In this document: piece after piece, positions 29,579-39,433 of the stretch
Layout: every line of letters begins with the position of its first letter
Position numbering within the stretch: position 1 is the first letter of the stretch
Assembly (NCBI GenBank): GCA_048938105.1
Contig: JBHLMN010000022.1
Location: 44,170-108,169 of the forward strand
Direction: 5' to 3'
DNA length: 64,000 bases
Source of the DNA: Promethearchaeota archaeon
GTDB lineage: Archaea > Asgardarchaeota > Heimdallarchaeia > Hodarchaeales > Hodarchaeaceae
Translations under genes and position numbers: made by a program
The notes under the pieces: model-generated
Database searches by the model: none
What the model was told of the DNA's origin: nothing
Seen by the model: the letters and a program-made list of their open reading frames with translations, nothing else

Positions 29579-29880
29579 TCAGATCTCTCTTCGATCCCTG
29601 ACCATAATTACGTGTTATTTAAGGTTTCTCATGAGATTATTCTTCTAAGAGAGAAGATTTAGTCATCAAATATATCCAAACGAGGATATAACTGGAAAAA
29701 GATATGTTTTTTACTTATCATTAGGAAGAATTTCTTCAATGGGATAAAAAAATCAACAAGTAAAGAGACAATCAAAAGCAGAAATGATCTTAGTTTTTAG
29801 TGAAATAAATTTTAGCGCCTTTATTTAAAACTTTATAATACTCTAATGACTCAATATCTACTATAGCAGGAGCGGATCAA

Positions 29881-30435
29881 ATGAAGCGTTTTTGTCCATA
29901 TTGTGGCAATCAGATTGACAAAACTGACATTTATTGTCTGTATTGCGGGAAAAAAATACCTGAGGAAGCAAAACGCCCTGAGAAGGAAGTATCTTGGAAA
30001 CCACAGACCATGTATACCACTCCACCAGCCACTCCATATCCTGTTCCCCCTCGATCCCGATATCAACCACGAACTTTTCATCCAACTCAACAAGCAACAC
30101 TTGGAGATCGGTGCTTTGCATTATTCATCGATAATTGTATTAGTTATAGCATTAGCGTGGTATCGTGCCTGATCTTGTGTATCCCTTTGGGATACGCTTA
30201 TGATTGCATCAAAGATGGGATTCGAGAGGGACAATCATTTGGGAAGGGGGGGATGCACCTAAGGGTTGTTGATTTTCGAACAGGGAGGCCAGCTACAATA
30301 GGACAATCAATGATTCGCAACTGTCTCTGTGGATCATGCGATTCTTCGACCTGTTATTGCTTTGCGATTCTTGATAGTAATGGTAGAAGAATCGGTGATA
30401 AGATCGCTGGAACAGTCGTCATAAAAGACTATTAA
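29881..30435 (+). CDS. Zinc-ribbon + RDD family membrane protein
   Basis: CPYCG..CLYCG; ATLGDRCFALFID; GQSFGK..LRVVD; RRIGDKIAGTVV. Confidence 0.9.
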   Translation: MKRFCPYCGNQIDKTDIYCLYCGKKIPEEAKRPEKEVSWKPQTMYTTPPATPYPVPPRSRYQPRTFHPTQQATLGDRCFALFIDNCISYSISVVSCLILCIPLGYAYDCIKDGIREGQSFGKGGMHLRVVDFRTGRPATIGQSMIRNCLCGSCDSSTCYCFAILDSNGRRIGDKIAGTVVIKDY

Positions 30436-30457
30436 TCGCCAGGGGTAAAAATAGGAA

Positions 30458-30527
30458 TCATTCTTTGGTCAAAATTTCTCGAATGGGATCAAAATACAAC
30501 TGTTGATAGGACTCACGTAATTGTTTC
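30458..30527 (-). pseudogene. HerA 3'-end relic convergent with RDD
   Basis: Matches 37110-37179 including the stop; a weaker similar relic is at about 29726-29757. Confidence 0.88.
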
Positions 30528-30926
30528 GTTAAAAAATTCAGAGTTAATCCTCAGGTAAAATTGTGTCACATTACTTTTCAACATTATTACAATAGATAAG
30601 ATCCAACCCCTCATTCCTCTGATCGGTCTTTCTTGTATTGAAATAAGAAAATTATTAATTCTTAGTACTGATTTCAATGTTTTGAATAATTAATGAGTAT
30701 GATCCATCAAGATCTAAGGATTTAATAAGGAGAGAATAATCAAAAAAAAGCATTTTTACCGAGATAATTTGCATACTTTTCCAAAATCAATGAAAATTAT
30801 TTCCCTATTAGCTCACCAAACGAATAAGGCATTAGAATGGACTTCGAGGGAATAGATAGATATTTGGTACAGTCAACATCATTGAGTTTTCTTAAAAATC
30901 CCTTGAAATGGACTTCAACATTGATT

Positions 30927-31172
30927 CTATCGCTCTATTCTCAGAAAAATTTCCCAATTCAAATGGGAAAGAATTTCATCCTCTTCTGGCATAAGAGGAT
31001 CACGATAAATTGACCATTTTCCTTTTGAATTCTTAATTGTTATTCTACCTTTCTCAATTGTTTTAATTTCATTTAATTCTTTTACTAAGATGGTAGCCCA
31101 ATATCCACACTTGGGACAATAATACCCCTTGCCTTGAGCCACTAGTTGAGATTTACAAAATCGACACTTCAT
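30927..31172 (-). CDS. Small zinc-finger protein
   Basis: MKCRFCK...YYCPKCG; AAGGTGA RBS before ATG 31172. Confidence 0.65.
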   Translation of the reverse strand: MKCRFCKSQLVAQGKGYYCPKCGYWATILVKELNEIKTIEKGRITIKNSKGKWSIYRDPLMPEEDEILSHLNWEIFLRIER

Positions 31173-31447
31173 TTTTTCACCTTCCTTCCGTTTGAGGATG
31201 GTTATTTTTATAAAAAAAACCGATAGTGACACGATATGTTCTCAAATAGACCTCCTGTGAAACCCCACTTATATTTTCCTGTAATTATTCAACCAGGAGA
31301 AAGCTTCTAATACTCCTCATTCATCCCGGAAAACGCTTTCGATCTTTAAACAACCTTTTTATATTTAACTACACCTTTAGGACTTTCAAGTGGATTCATA
31401 TATTCTCCATATTCTTTTATATGTTAATAATTCATTAGTAACTTCTT

Positions 31448-32863
31448 TCAATAAGTTGAAGATCCGCGCATCTTCGATAGTATCGCCCCAACATTAAGAA
31501 GCCCTTTGAAAATGAGGCCTGGTTCACCAAGCTGTAAGGCTTTGTATTGAATTCTTAGCAGTCTACGGGGATTTTTATAGAAATATTTGGTAAAACTATT
31601 CTTTATTCCTGATATTTCTTCTGATGAATAATTGGATAATCGTTTATCAGCCCGAACAAAAAGCTCGCTCTCATCAATAACACCTTTTTTAACCGCATTT
31701 ATCCATAACTGTGTGCCTACCACATAGGTTAAATCGTAACAACTAATTAAATCTAGAGGTACGGTATCAAAATATTCCAAATTTTGCTTAATGTGCTTTT
31801 CTGTTTCAAATGGGGCTCCTATAATGAAAAATCCTACTGTTATTAAGCCTGCTTTATTAGCTAATTTTATTGCGTTTATTCCTTGCTCTACTGTCGTTCT
31901 TTTATTGTAAAAGTCAAGTACGTCTTGATTAGCGCTTTCAATCCCAAAAAATACTGCGATTACTCCTGCTTTTCGCATTTTCTGAAATAAATTAAAATCC
32001 ACTGAGTCCACTCTTCCTTGAACAGCCATCTTGATCTTTATCTTCTCTCCAATGATTCTGTCCATAATTTTGTGAACTCGCTTCTTATTCAGTAAGAAAT
32101 TGTCATCACCAAAAGCAATATATCTGTATCCTTGCTTAACTAAACATTTTATCTCATTGACAACATTATCAACACTCCTTGCACGGTACTGGCTATATAT
32201 CATACGAGCACAAAAATGACAATTAAAGGGGCATCCTCGCGTGCTCATGAGCCATGCGAGATTAAGTCGTGCATTACCAAGATACCCATACTTTTTTTTA
32301 TCAATTAATTCCCAAGCGGGGAATATACTCGAATCCAGGTTTTTGACTTGCATGACCCCAGGATTTTTTATTATTTTTCCATCTTTCTTGTAAATTAATC
32401 CAGGAATATCTTCTAAGGATGTTTTTTGCACAATAGAGTTGAGAATATGTGTAATGTAGCCTTCTGCTTCTCCTAAACAGGTTAGAAAAGACCCTTCAAT
32501 ATATTTATGAGTAATGTTACAATGTGGCCCACCACATAATATGAATCCTTTTGGATTCACCTCCTGTATATCTTTGATGATCTTTTGGACATTATTCAGT
32601 ACAAGAGTATAACAGGTAATCAAGATGAAGTCTTGTACTGTAATAATCTTCAGAAATTCTTTCCTTGAGAGCTTGTCAACATTTAAATCAAGAAATGTTA
32701 CATTATACCCTTCTCTTAGTAGTGGAGCCCCAAGATAGAGGAGCCCGAGAGGAGGAGCTAAGCTCTTATTTGCTTTCCATCTTTTTCCAAATGAATATTC
32801 ATTAAATGGTGCGTGTAAAAGTAATACGTTCTTACTCCGTCCTTTTTCCAATTTAATGTCCAC
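31448..32863 (-). CDS. B12-binding radical SAM protein
   Basis: PPLGLLYL, GGPH, TRGCPFNCHFC (CxxxCxxC), DDNF, GIES. Confidence 0.93.
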   Translation of the reverse strand: MDIKLEKGRSKNVLLLHAPFNEYSFGKRWKANKSLAPPLGLLYLGAPLLREGYNVTFLDLNVDKLSRKEFLKIITVQDFILITCYTLVLNNVQKIIKDIQEVNPKGFILCGGPHCNITHKYIEGSFLTCLGEAEGYITHILNSIVQKTSLEDIPGLIYKKDGKIIKNPGVMQVKNLDSSIFPAWELIDKKKYGYLGNARLNLAWLMSTRGCPFNCHFCARMIYSQYRARSVDNVVNEIKCLVKQGYRYIAFGDDNFLLNKKRVHKIMDRIIGEKIKIKMAVQGRVDSVDFNLFQKMRKAGVIAVFFGIESANQDVLDFYNKRTTVEQGINAIKLANKAGLITVGFFIIGAPFETEKHIKQNLEYFDTVPLDLISCYDLTYVVGTQLWINAVKKGVIDESELFVRADKRLSNYSSEEISGIKNSFTKYFYKNPRRLLRIQYKALQLGEPGLIFKGLLNVGAILSKMRGSSTY

Positions 32864-33257
32864 TCCTCGTTAAAAGTGCGTTTTAGATCTAAACCAAAAG
32901 GATAACACTTAAACTAGAATAGAAAATAAAAAGTAGTAAGGGATAAGAAATTACAATTTTCTCTTGAAATTTTGATGAAAATTGCTCCCAAGAAAATGTA
33001 TTCCTATTGCAATTTTTCTGAAAAAATCGTTCTCTAGCATTTTTTCTTTTTCAGCTAGAATGGTTTGCCATTTTTCTACCAGAATGTCAATTAACTGTTT
33101 GAATATCTTATTTACATAGTCGAGATTCGGATATAATGGGATAAAAGCATTAGTTGCAGTAAAGATTCAATAAATCACATTCACTCTTTAAATTTCTTGA
33201 CTTAAGGATTTCTCTGACCATTATGTGTACTATTTCACTACCTCTGATTTTATCGCA

Positions 33258-33749
33258 TTAATCGAATGGGGAAGGAATATGAGATGTCCAATTGTTTGGT
33301 AGAGGGTCAACTTTTCCAGTAAGAGGAACTTCCCATACCTCCGTGACCATCTCCCCTTTATGAGTCGAAAAAACTCCATTAGCTACAAAGATCGCACCAG
33401 CTAAATCTTTTACTCCAAGTATTGGGAATAAAAGTCGGTTTTTCGTCTGTGTACTTGGTTCTGCTTCCCAGTCAAACATCAATGGATCGCTTGATTCTAT
33501 TTCTTGATTACTTAATTTAATAATAATACGTTCCCATCTCAAATATCCCATTCGATCCCCGATATTTTGAATGAGAATTATTACATCGATATTTTCATGG
33601 CGTCTTTTTGTTACACGAGCTTCTGTAAGATTGAATTGTGGCCCACGAATTCGGTTGTGCCACGTATTATAAATTGACAGTATCAAAGCAATAAAGCCTA
33701 GTAGTAGCCCTCCAATAGCTGCAATACTTGTAAGAAGATCATTTGCCAA
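33258..33749 (-). CDS. Hypothetical protein with N-terminal TM
   Basis: AGGAGG RBS; TM helix then beta-rich region with QNIGDR. Confidence 0.65.
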   Translation of the reverse strand: MANDLLTSIAAIGGLLLGFIALILSIYNTWHNRIRGPQFNLTEARVTKRRHENIDVIILIQNIGDRMGYLRWERIIIKLSNQEIESSDPLMFDWEAEPSTQTKNRLLFPILGVKDLAGAIFVANGVFSTHKGEMVTEVWEVPLTGKVDPLPNNWTSHIPSPFD

Positions 33750-34318
33750 TTTCTTCGCCTCCTTTATGTTCTAATGATCTCACATTTTCTTTTCGCGCCG
33801 ACCTATTTAAATTCTATAGAGTAAGAAAATGACAATTTTTATTAGGAAGATTGTTGAAAAATCTACATCTAAAATTAACTTAAGTAAGTTTCAATTGACT
33901 TGTCTAGACTTTCAGGAACCTCTTTCTGTATGGATTTAAGATATAATTATAGCTATCCTTTATTGATATCCTATAAATCTCTTTAATGAATAATCAGACC
34001 CAAAAAGGATAATGGGAGAGAAGAATGGGTTGCTTAAATCAGGAGAATTAGTAAAGAGATTGAAACAGTCCTAAAAACATTCAACAGTTTTTTCGTGATA
34101 ATTTGTAATTTTTTATTCCTATTGGCTTTAAATAATAAGCTTGACAGTTATCAAAATGTGTGTGATATTCATTTATCTCTGAAAGAAGCCTACTTTGGGA
34201 CCCTCGCAAAGACAACACATATTGATATCAACTTTTACAACATAGTCATGATGAAGTGAGTTTTCTTGAGTTATGAGAAGGTGTATGGTGTGAAAAAAGG
34301 ATTATTGAGGGGATTCCC

Positions 34319-34636
34319 TTGAAAGATACTCACAAGGTTTTCATCTCTGATGAGACATGGCAATTAATAAGAGGATTTTTACCTGTTGCCCGTAAAGTAA
34401 TGAGAGCTCCAGATTTTTCGGAGATAGATTTAGTAGAACTAGTTATCCAGCAGGGCTTAGGCCAGATGCTCACCGATATTGTTTCTGAGGGCCCAGATGT
34501 CTTGCTAGAGAGTTTCAAGCACATACATCTAGAAGATCCTGAAGAATTGGGCAGGATCATCGTTGATAAATTGAAAAAAAGAGAGACGAGAACACTGTCA
34601 AAAAAATGGAGAAAACAGATGTCTAGATTTATCTAA
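34319..34636 (+). CDS. Hypothetical small protein
   Basis: 105 aa ORF preceded by GAGGGG RBS. Confidence 0.6.
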   Translation: MKDTHKVFISDETWQLIRGFLPVARKVMRAPDFSEIDLVELVIQQGLGQMLTDIVSEGPDVLLESFKHIHLEDPEELGRIIVDKLKKRETRTLSKKWRKQMSRFI

Positions 34637-34677
34637 TATTCAAATAATTATGATAATGAAATAAATCAATAGTAATA

Positions 34678-35367
34678 GTGGAATCAATTGTTTTAAAAGA
34701 TGATAGAATGTCAGACAATGAGAAACATAAGCCTGAAGAAAAGGAAAAAAATAAAGAAAGAAAGAAAACTGATGAAAATAAATTTGAGGAGTTAAAATTT
34801 TTCATCCAGATATGGCAACATCACGACACGATGTTTTGGAATAGATTCACAACCTTTATTGCTGCCGCCTCGATATTGATAACATTTTTAGGTGCAGTTG
34901 TTCTTTTCGGCATAAGTAATCAAAATCTAAGAAATGAAAACCTACTATCAACGCGAATATCAGCCATAATAGTTCTAATGGCGGGAGCTTTTGTGGTAAT
35001 TACGATTTTTTGGTATTTCATGTTGAACCACATTTTTATATGGGTAGATTTTTACTTAAAAAAAGCTAGGGCTTCTCAAAAGGAACTTGGTATGAAAATA
35101 CTTTTTAATAATAGTGAAGGGCCAATATTTCCTTTTCTAGCAAAAATTCCAAGTATTCGTATTATGGACTTTCTCTTTAGCTTTTTCTGTATATGTGGAA
35201 TCTTGGTGGTAATTCAGCATTTTTTGATGGTTCATTTCTCTTCATGGTCAATTGATAATCCTGCAATATTCATTGGAATCATAGTTATTACACCAATCGG
35301 AACACTGGTAAGCCAACACTTGTTGAATCAGTGGCGTTCAAATAAAATTAAAGCATTTGAATTTTAA
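34678..35367 (+). CDS. Four-TM membrane protein
   Basis: W.HHD..FW.R...F motif followed by TM hairpins. Confidence 0.65.
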   Translation: MESIVLKDDRMSDNEKHKPEEKEKNKERKKTDENKFEELKFFIQIWQHHDTMFWNRFTTFIAAASILITFLGAVVLFGISNQNLRNENLLSTRISAIIVLMAGAFVVITIFWYFMLNHIFIWVDFYLKKARASQKELGMKILFNNSEGPIFPFLAKIPSIRIMDFLFSFFCICGILVVIQHFLMVHFSSWSIDNPAIFIGIIVITPIGTLVSQHLLNQWRSNKIKAFEF

Positions 35368-35451
35368 CCTCTGAGGATAGTTCAAATTCCTTTTTCTTTA
35401 TTTTTCTAGGAAAACGTATCCCGTTTAACATCAATGAATCATTATCAACAA

Positions 35452-35725
35452 CAGTATCCAAGCCTTTCTTGCGAAACCACCCATGTTCCAAAGGACTTAT
35501 GTAGATGTGGATCGATTTCGGATCAAAAATGGCATACTTCAACGAAAAGGTTTCTTTGACATGCTGGAAGACGTTAATACTGGAACGATCAACATTAAGA
35601 GGAATGTGTGCAAAGTGGAAAGAGGGGATCGTTTTTCTCATGGGAGAGGCCTCTCCAGAGAAGAAATCACTAAGGTTACTCACTCCTCCTAGGTATGGAA
35701 AAAGCGCTTATTTACTCATGAAAAT
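35452..35725 (-). pseudogene. HerA N-terminal relic + junction core (35677-35725)
   Basis: SPMRKTIPSFHFAHIPLNVDRSSINVFQH...WFRKKGLDT versus the intact HerA N-terminus. Confidence 0.93.
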
Positions 35726-35955
35726 GATTTCATCGTGAGATAAACCTTTTTTAAGGCTCAAAGAGCTATTAACCTGTAGTTGGGATTTGGTTCAAAAGGG
35801 AAACCACCTTGAGGTATAGTAAAGTGGTTCTCATTTTAATGCTTTTCATTTGTCTAGTTGTCTGTGGATTATCCCAAGAGCTTCCCTTTACCCCTGAAGA
35901 CCAGAAAAATTTCTTATCTTGGGTCATCCTTGGGACAGATAAATACCATTTGTAA
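35726..35955 (+). pseudogene. Promoter + signal-peptide relic of a CASH cassette gene
   Basis: Matches 39351-39525 and 51835-52012; TTG 35809 gives MRYSKVVLILMLFICLVVCGLSQELPFTPEDQ..., stop at 35955. Confidence 0.9.
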
Positions 35956-36069
35956 GGGTGGGGTGATTGTTCGTCCAGCATCCATGTTTATATGCCACGT
36001 AAGGTGAAACTTTTATAAGAGAAAATGACAACAATAACAGGATAATTGCATTCATGAGGGAAAGATACA

Positions 36070-36873
36070 ATGAGAATAACCCATTTGATTAATAATCAAG
36101 AAGAAATTGATATTCTTCGATGGTTTAATAGAAAAAAACCAAAAAAGAGTAAAGAACTGCTATTACCTATACTTTTACTGTCAATACTCGTCTCGAATCC
36201 ATATTATCATGTTCTTGCTGATCAGACTCAGGAAAAAAGAATTAATCCAGAACACTTTACAATAGCTGTTCAGGTTGGCGATTGGAGGGAATATAATGTG
36301 TCGAAATATTATAATCCCACTGGGATGGGTAGACTGTACACAGAGGAAGGGCAAAGACTCCTTGTCACAATAATTAATATTACACACAACTTCATAGAAT
36401 ATCGGGTTGAGATAATTCTAGTAAGTGGGGAGGTCAAAAATCAATCTTCTCAACCAAAAATAAATAGGGCATTTTACCCATGGGTTGGACACCATGTGAC
36501 AACTACAAATAGAACACTGTTAGAACAAGCCTTAAAGAGAGACGAAATTCTGATATATGAATTTAAGGAGCATGAATTAAATGTGCAATGGATACGGAAC
36601 TCTACGTTTTACCCAGGGATCTTTGAGGAAAATCACACGTTTATTGAAGAGTGGAATGTCGATCTGAAAACAGGTTGGTTAAATCATTATAAGTACAAAG
36701 TAACAATCAATGGAACGATAACACGAGAAATCTTTATCGAAACAATAAGAAGTGTGGAACCAGTTAATACAACAACTGGGGACTCTTTCGCTTTAATTGT
36801 GATTCCAATCATAACAATTTATATTAGGAGACGAGTAAAGAGGAAGAAGAAGGATTCATCAGAATTCACTTGA
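36070..36873 (+). CDS. Hypothetical secreted protein with C-terminal TM anchor
   Basis: Signal-like helix, VQVGDWREYNV, D.KTGWL, TM + RRRVKRKKK. Confidence 0.75.
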   Translation: MRITHLINNQEEIDILRWFNRKKPKKSKELLLPILLLSILVSNPYYHVLADQTQEKRINPEHFTIAVQVGDWREYNVSKYYNPTGMGRLYTEEGQRLLVTIINITHNFIEYRVEIILVSGEVKNQSSQPKINRAFYPWVGHHVTTTNRTLLEQALKRDEILIYEFKEHELNVQWIRNSTFYPGIFEENHTFIEEWNVDLKTGWLNHYKYKVTINGTITREIFIETIRSVEPVNTTTGDSFALIVIPIITIYIRRRVKRKKKDSSEFT

Positions 36874-37109
36874 TAATAAAAAAATATAAATAATATGAAA
36901 AGGATGTATGAGGATAATTAAAGGAGGAAAAAGCAAGGCCGTTAATGTGTATTGTTTACTTACACTGGATAAAGACAGTGAACGAAAAGTGAAGGCGAAA
37001 AAGCATCATATTAAACCTTATTCCCAATGTTGATCATCCTACAAGAATATCAGCTAGGGGAGCACAAGCCAGAGGCACCATTAATAAACTAATTACTCCT
37101 CAAGGAGAA

Positions 37110-39326
37110 TTATTCTTTGGTCAGAATTTCCTGAATGGGATCAAAATACAATTGTTGATAAGAGTCACGCAATTGTTTCTGAAATGAAAGATTAGATAAT
37201 TCATCTAAATCCATAGACAAGTCAGGATCTAAGAGAAACTCATTAGTCTTCAAGAGGGAAATCTGACCGTTGACCGAAATGATACAGCGGCGTTCATCTT
37301 GTTTAGCTTTTAATAATTGACGTAATTGCTCATATTCATCCTTTGGAATACCTAAGAGATTCGAAACCTCGAAAGGGTTGAATTTCGTGAAGAAAAGAGT
37401 CAACAGGCCAGTGTTTGTTAACATAGGTTGGTCAATAATAGGTTCCGTGCCAATAAAAATCATAGAAATGTCATATGCACGTAAGGTCCAAGGGCCACGT
37501 CCAATCATAGATTCAGGAGATTTCGAACGGAAATTCTTCGCAGGAGCGAGCTTTTGGATCTCATCCAACACGAAGACATTTTTCGGCAACGATTCTTCTT
37601 TGAAAGGAGCTCGAAAGGTACGAACATAATAATATAAATTCTGAAAGACCACATTTAGAAAAATCTCCCGCCCGCTTTGATCCTCCATAGCCTCAAAGGC
37701 AGAGAGGTCAATAATGGCATTCCGATCAAGGAGGTTGGCAACCTCAAAGGTGGTCTTTGATACCGTGAAACACCGCCCCGTATTACCAAAGAAGAGTTTT
37801 TCGACACGATTCAAGATGCCTGTCGCAGTATTCTCAAGATAAGCCCCCTTCATTCCCAACTCATCGGGATTCTCCAGATAGAAAAGAAACCTCCGAAAAT
37901 CCCCCTGATCTTTCACTGTTTGAATAACAGTAAGATGAAGCATCCGCCGCATCTGGGGAGATACAGCATCCTCATTATCAAAAATATGTTCTAGAATGGA
38001 GACCGCAAATTGGATATGGTCTTCAACAGGGATAAGAGGTTGACCTGCATCATTCAGAGGAATTTGGAAGATATTAATCCCCCAAGGGAAGGAGGCAGAC
38101 CCAGGCTTTAAGTAGAGAAAATCATCACAAAAAGTCCTAACAGGGGAAAGATACTCCCCTTTCGGATCAAAAATGAGAAATTTGACCCCTTTTTGGTGAA
38201 ATTCGTTGATTAAACCATAAATGAAACGACTTTTGCCCTCACCTGTCATACCAAAAACAGCCATGTGCCGACAGAGGTCTTTCCCGTCAATTAATAAAGG
38301 AACATTAGAGGTTTTGCCGCTAATAATGGGAATCCCAAGGTTGATGGCACGTTGAGGAGAAGTTTCACTTATACCCGTGGATAAGGTGTAATCAGATTTG
38401 TTGGGGACGAGAGTATACCCCTCGTGGGAGAATTGCCGCTGAGGAGGAGCAATGAAACTCATTAGAGACGAACCATCCAAAGTAATGGGGGACACCAGCT
38501 TTCTGGAAACACACAACTTCCTGAGGGAAGGAAAACGTCTGAAAAAAGTGGGATAAGAGCGAGCTTTAAGTCCCTTAGAGACAAATAAGACAGATAAACG
38601 ATTAAGCTTGGCTTTTAACAACTCAGGACTGGTTTCCACAACTAAAATCCGAGGAGAGAAGCGAAAACAACCAGCTTCCTCCATGATGTTCATTCGCTGA
38701 GGTTGGAAACGGCGTTCGACTTTACCCTGTTGAATATCAAAACGGACATGACTCAGATGCCGTTCCTGATCATCATCAGATTGGAACTTCTTGGGGACTT
38801 TGATGGATTTGAAGACAAATTGAAGAAAAGCAAATTGAGGATTGTCCGTCAAAATTTCAAGCAGATGATCAGTGAAACCATCAGCTGTGGTAAAAGGAGG
38901 TTCTGCAGTGCCCTCTAAACCAAGGATTCCTCCACAGAAAAAAGTAGGGCCATCTGTACTAACCTGAAAAGACTTAGTCAAAAGGTCAAGAAGCACATGA
39001 ATCGGGGTGGGTTCAATCTTGTGAAAGTCAGGATGTAAGCCCATGGCAATAGCAAACTGCTGAATGGTGGCGATACCAGTATCTAAGCTTTTCTTGCGAA
39101 ACCACCCGCGTTCAAGGGGACACATGTGGATGTGGACAGATTTTGGATCAAAAATGGTATACTCCAACGAAAAGGTTTCTTTGGCATGCTGGAAGATGTT
39201 AATACTAGACCGATCAACATTAAGAGGAATGTGTTCGAAGTGGAAAGAGGGGATCGCTTTGCTCATGGGTGAGGCCTCTCTAAGGGAAAAATCGAGTTGA
39301 TGACTCACTCCTCCTAGGTATTGCAT
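37110..39326 (-). CDS. HerA/FtsK/VirB4-like P-loop ATPase (DUF87 type)
   Basis: RHMAVFGMTGEGKS Walker A, IFDPKGEY, FVLDEIQ Walker B; true start probably a little downstream of 39326. Confidence 0.88.
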   Translation of the reverse strand: MQYLGGVSHQLDFSLREASPMSKAIPSFHFEHIPLNVDRSSINIFQHAKETFSLEYTIFDPKSVHIHMCPLERGWFRKKSLDTGIATIQQFAIAMGLHPDFHKIEPTPIHVLLDLLTKSFQVSTDGPTFFCGGILGLEGTAEPPFTTADGFTDHLLEILTDNPQFAFLQFVFKSIKVPKKFQSDDDQERHLSHVRFDIQQGKVERRFQPQRMNIMEEAGCFRFSPRILVVETSPELLKAKLNRLSVLFVSKGLKARSYPTFFRRFPSLRKLCVSRKLVSPITLDGSSLMSFIAPPQRQFSHEGYTLVPNKSDYTLSTGISETSPQRAINLGIPIISGKTSNVPLLIDGKDLCRHMAVFGMTGEGKSRFIYGLINEFHQKGVKFLIFDPKGEYLSPVRTFCDDFLYLKPGSASFPWGINIFQIPLNDAGQPLIPVEDHIQFAVSILEHIFDNEDAVSPQMRRMLHLTVIQTVKDQGDFRRFLFYLENPDELGMKGAYLENTATGILNRVEKLFFGNTGRCFTVSKTTFEVANLLDRNAIIDLSAFEAMEDQSGREIFLNVVFQNLYYYVRTFRAPFKEESLPKNVFVLDEIQKLAPAKNFRSKSPESMIGRGPWTLRAYDISMIFIGTEPIIDQPMLTNTGLLTLFFTKFNPFEVSNLLGIPKDEYEQLRQLLKAKQDERRCIISVNGQISLLKTNEFLLDPDLSMDLDELSNLSFQKQLRDSYQQLYFDPIQEILTKE

Positions 39327-39350
39327 GAGTGCTTATTTACTCATGAAAAT
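39302..39350 (+). repeat. Junction core, best-preserved copy (12-8-12 inverted repeat at 39319-39350)
   Basis: GACTCACTCCTCCTAGG TATTGCATGAGT GCTTATTT ACTCATGAAAAT. Confidence 0.9.
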
Positions 39351-39433
39351 GATTTCATCGTGAGATAAACCTTTTTTAAGGCCCCAAGAGCTAAGACCAA
39401 TAGTCTGGGATTTGGATCAAAAGGGAAACCACA

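Noticed and set aside
35348-35981. Track ORFs 35348-35683, 35483-35692, 35505-35738 and 35769-35981 as real genes
   Set aside because: They are a HerA relic running into unrelated sequence, or its shadow frames
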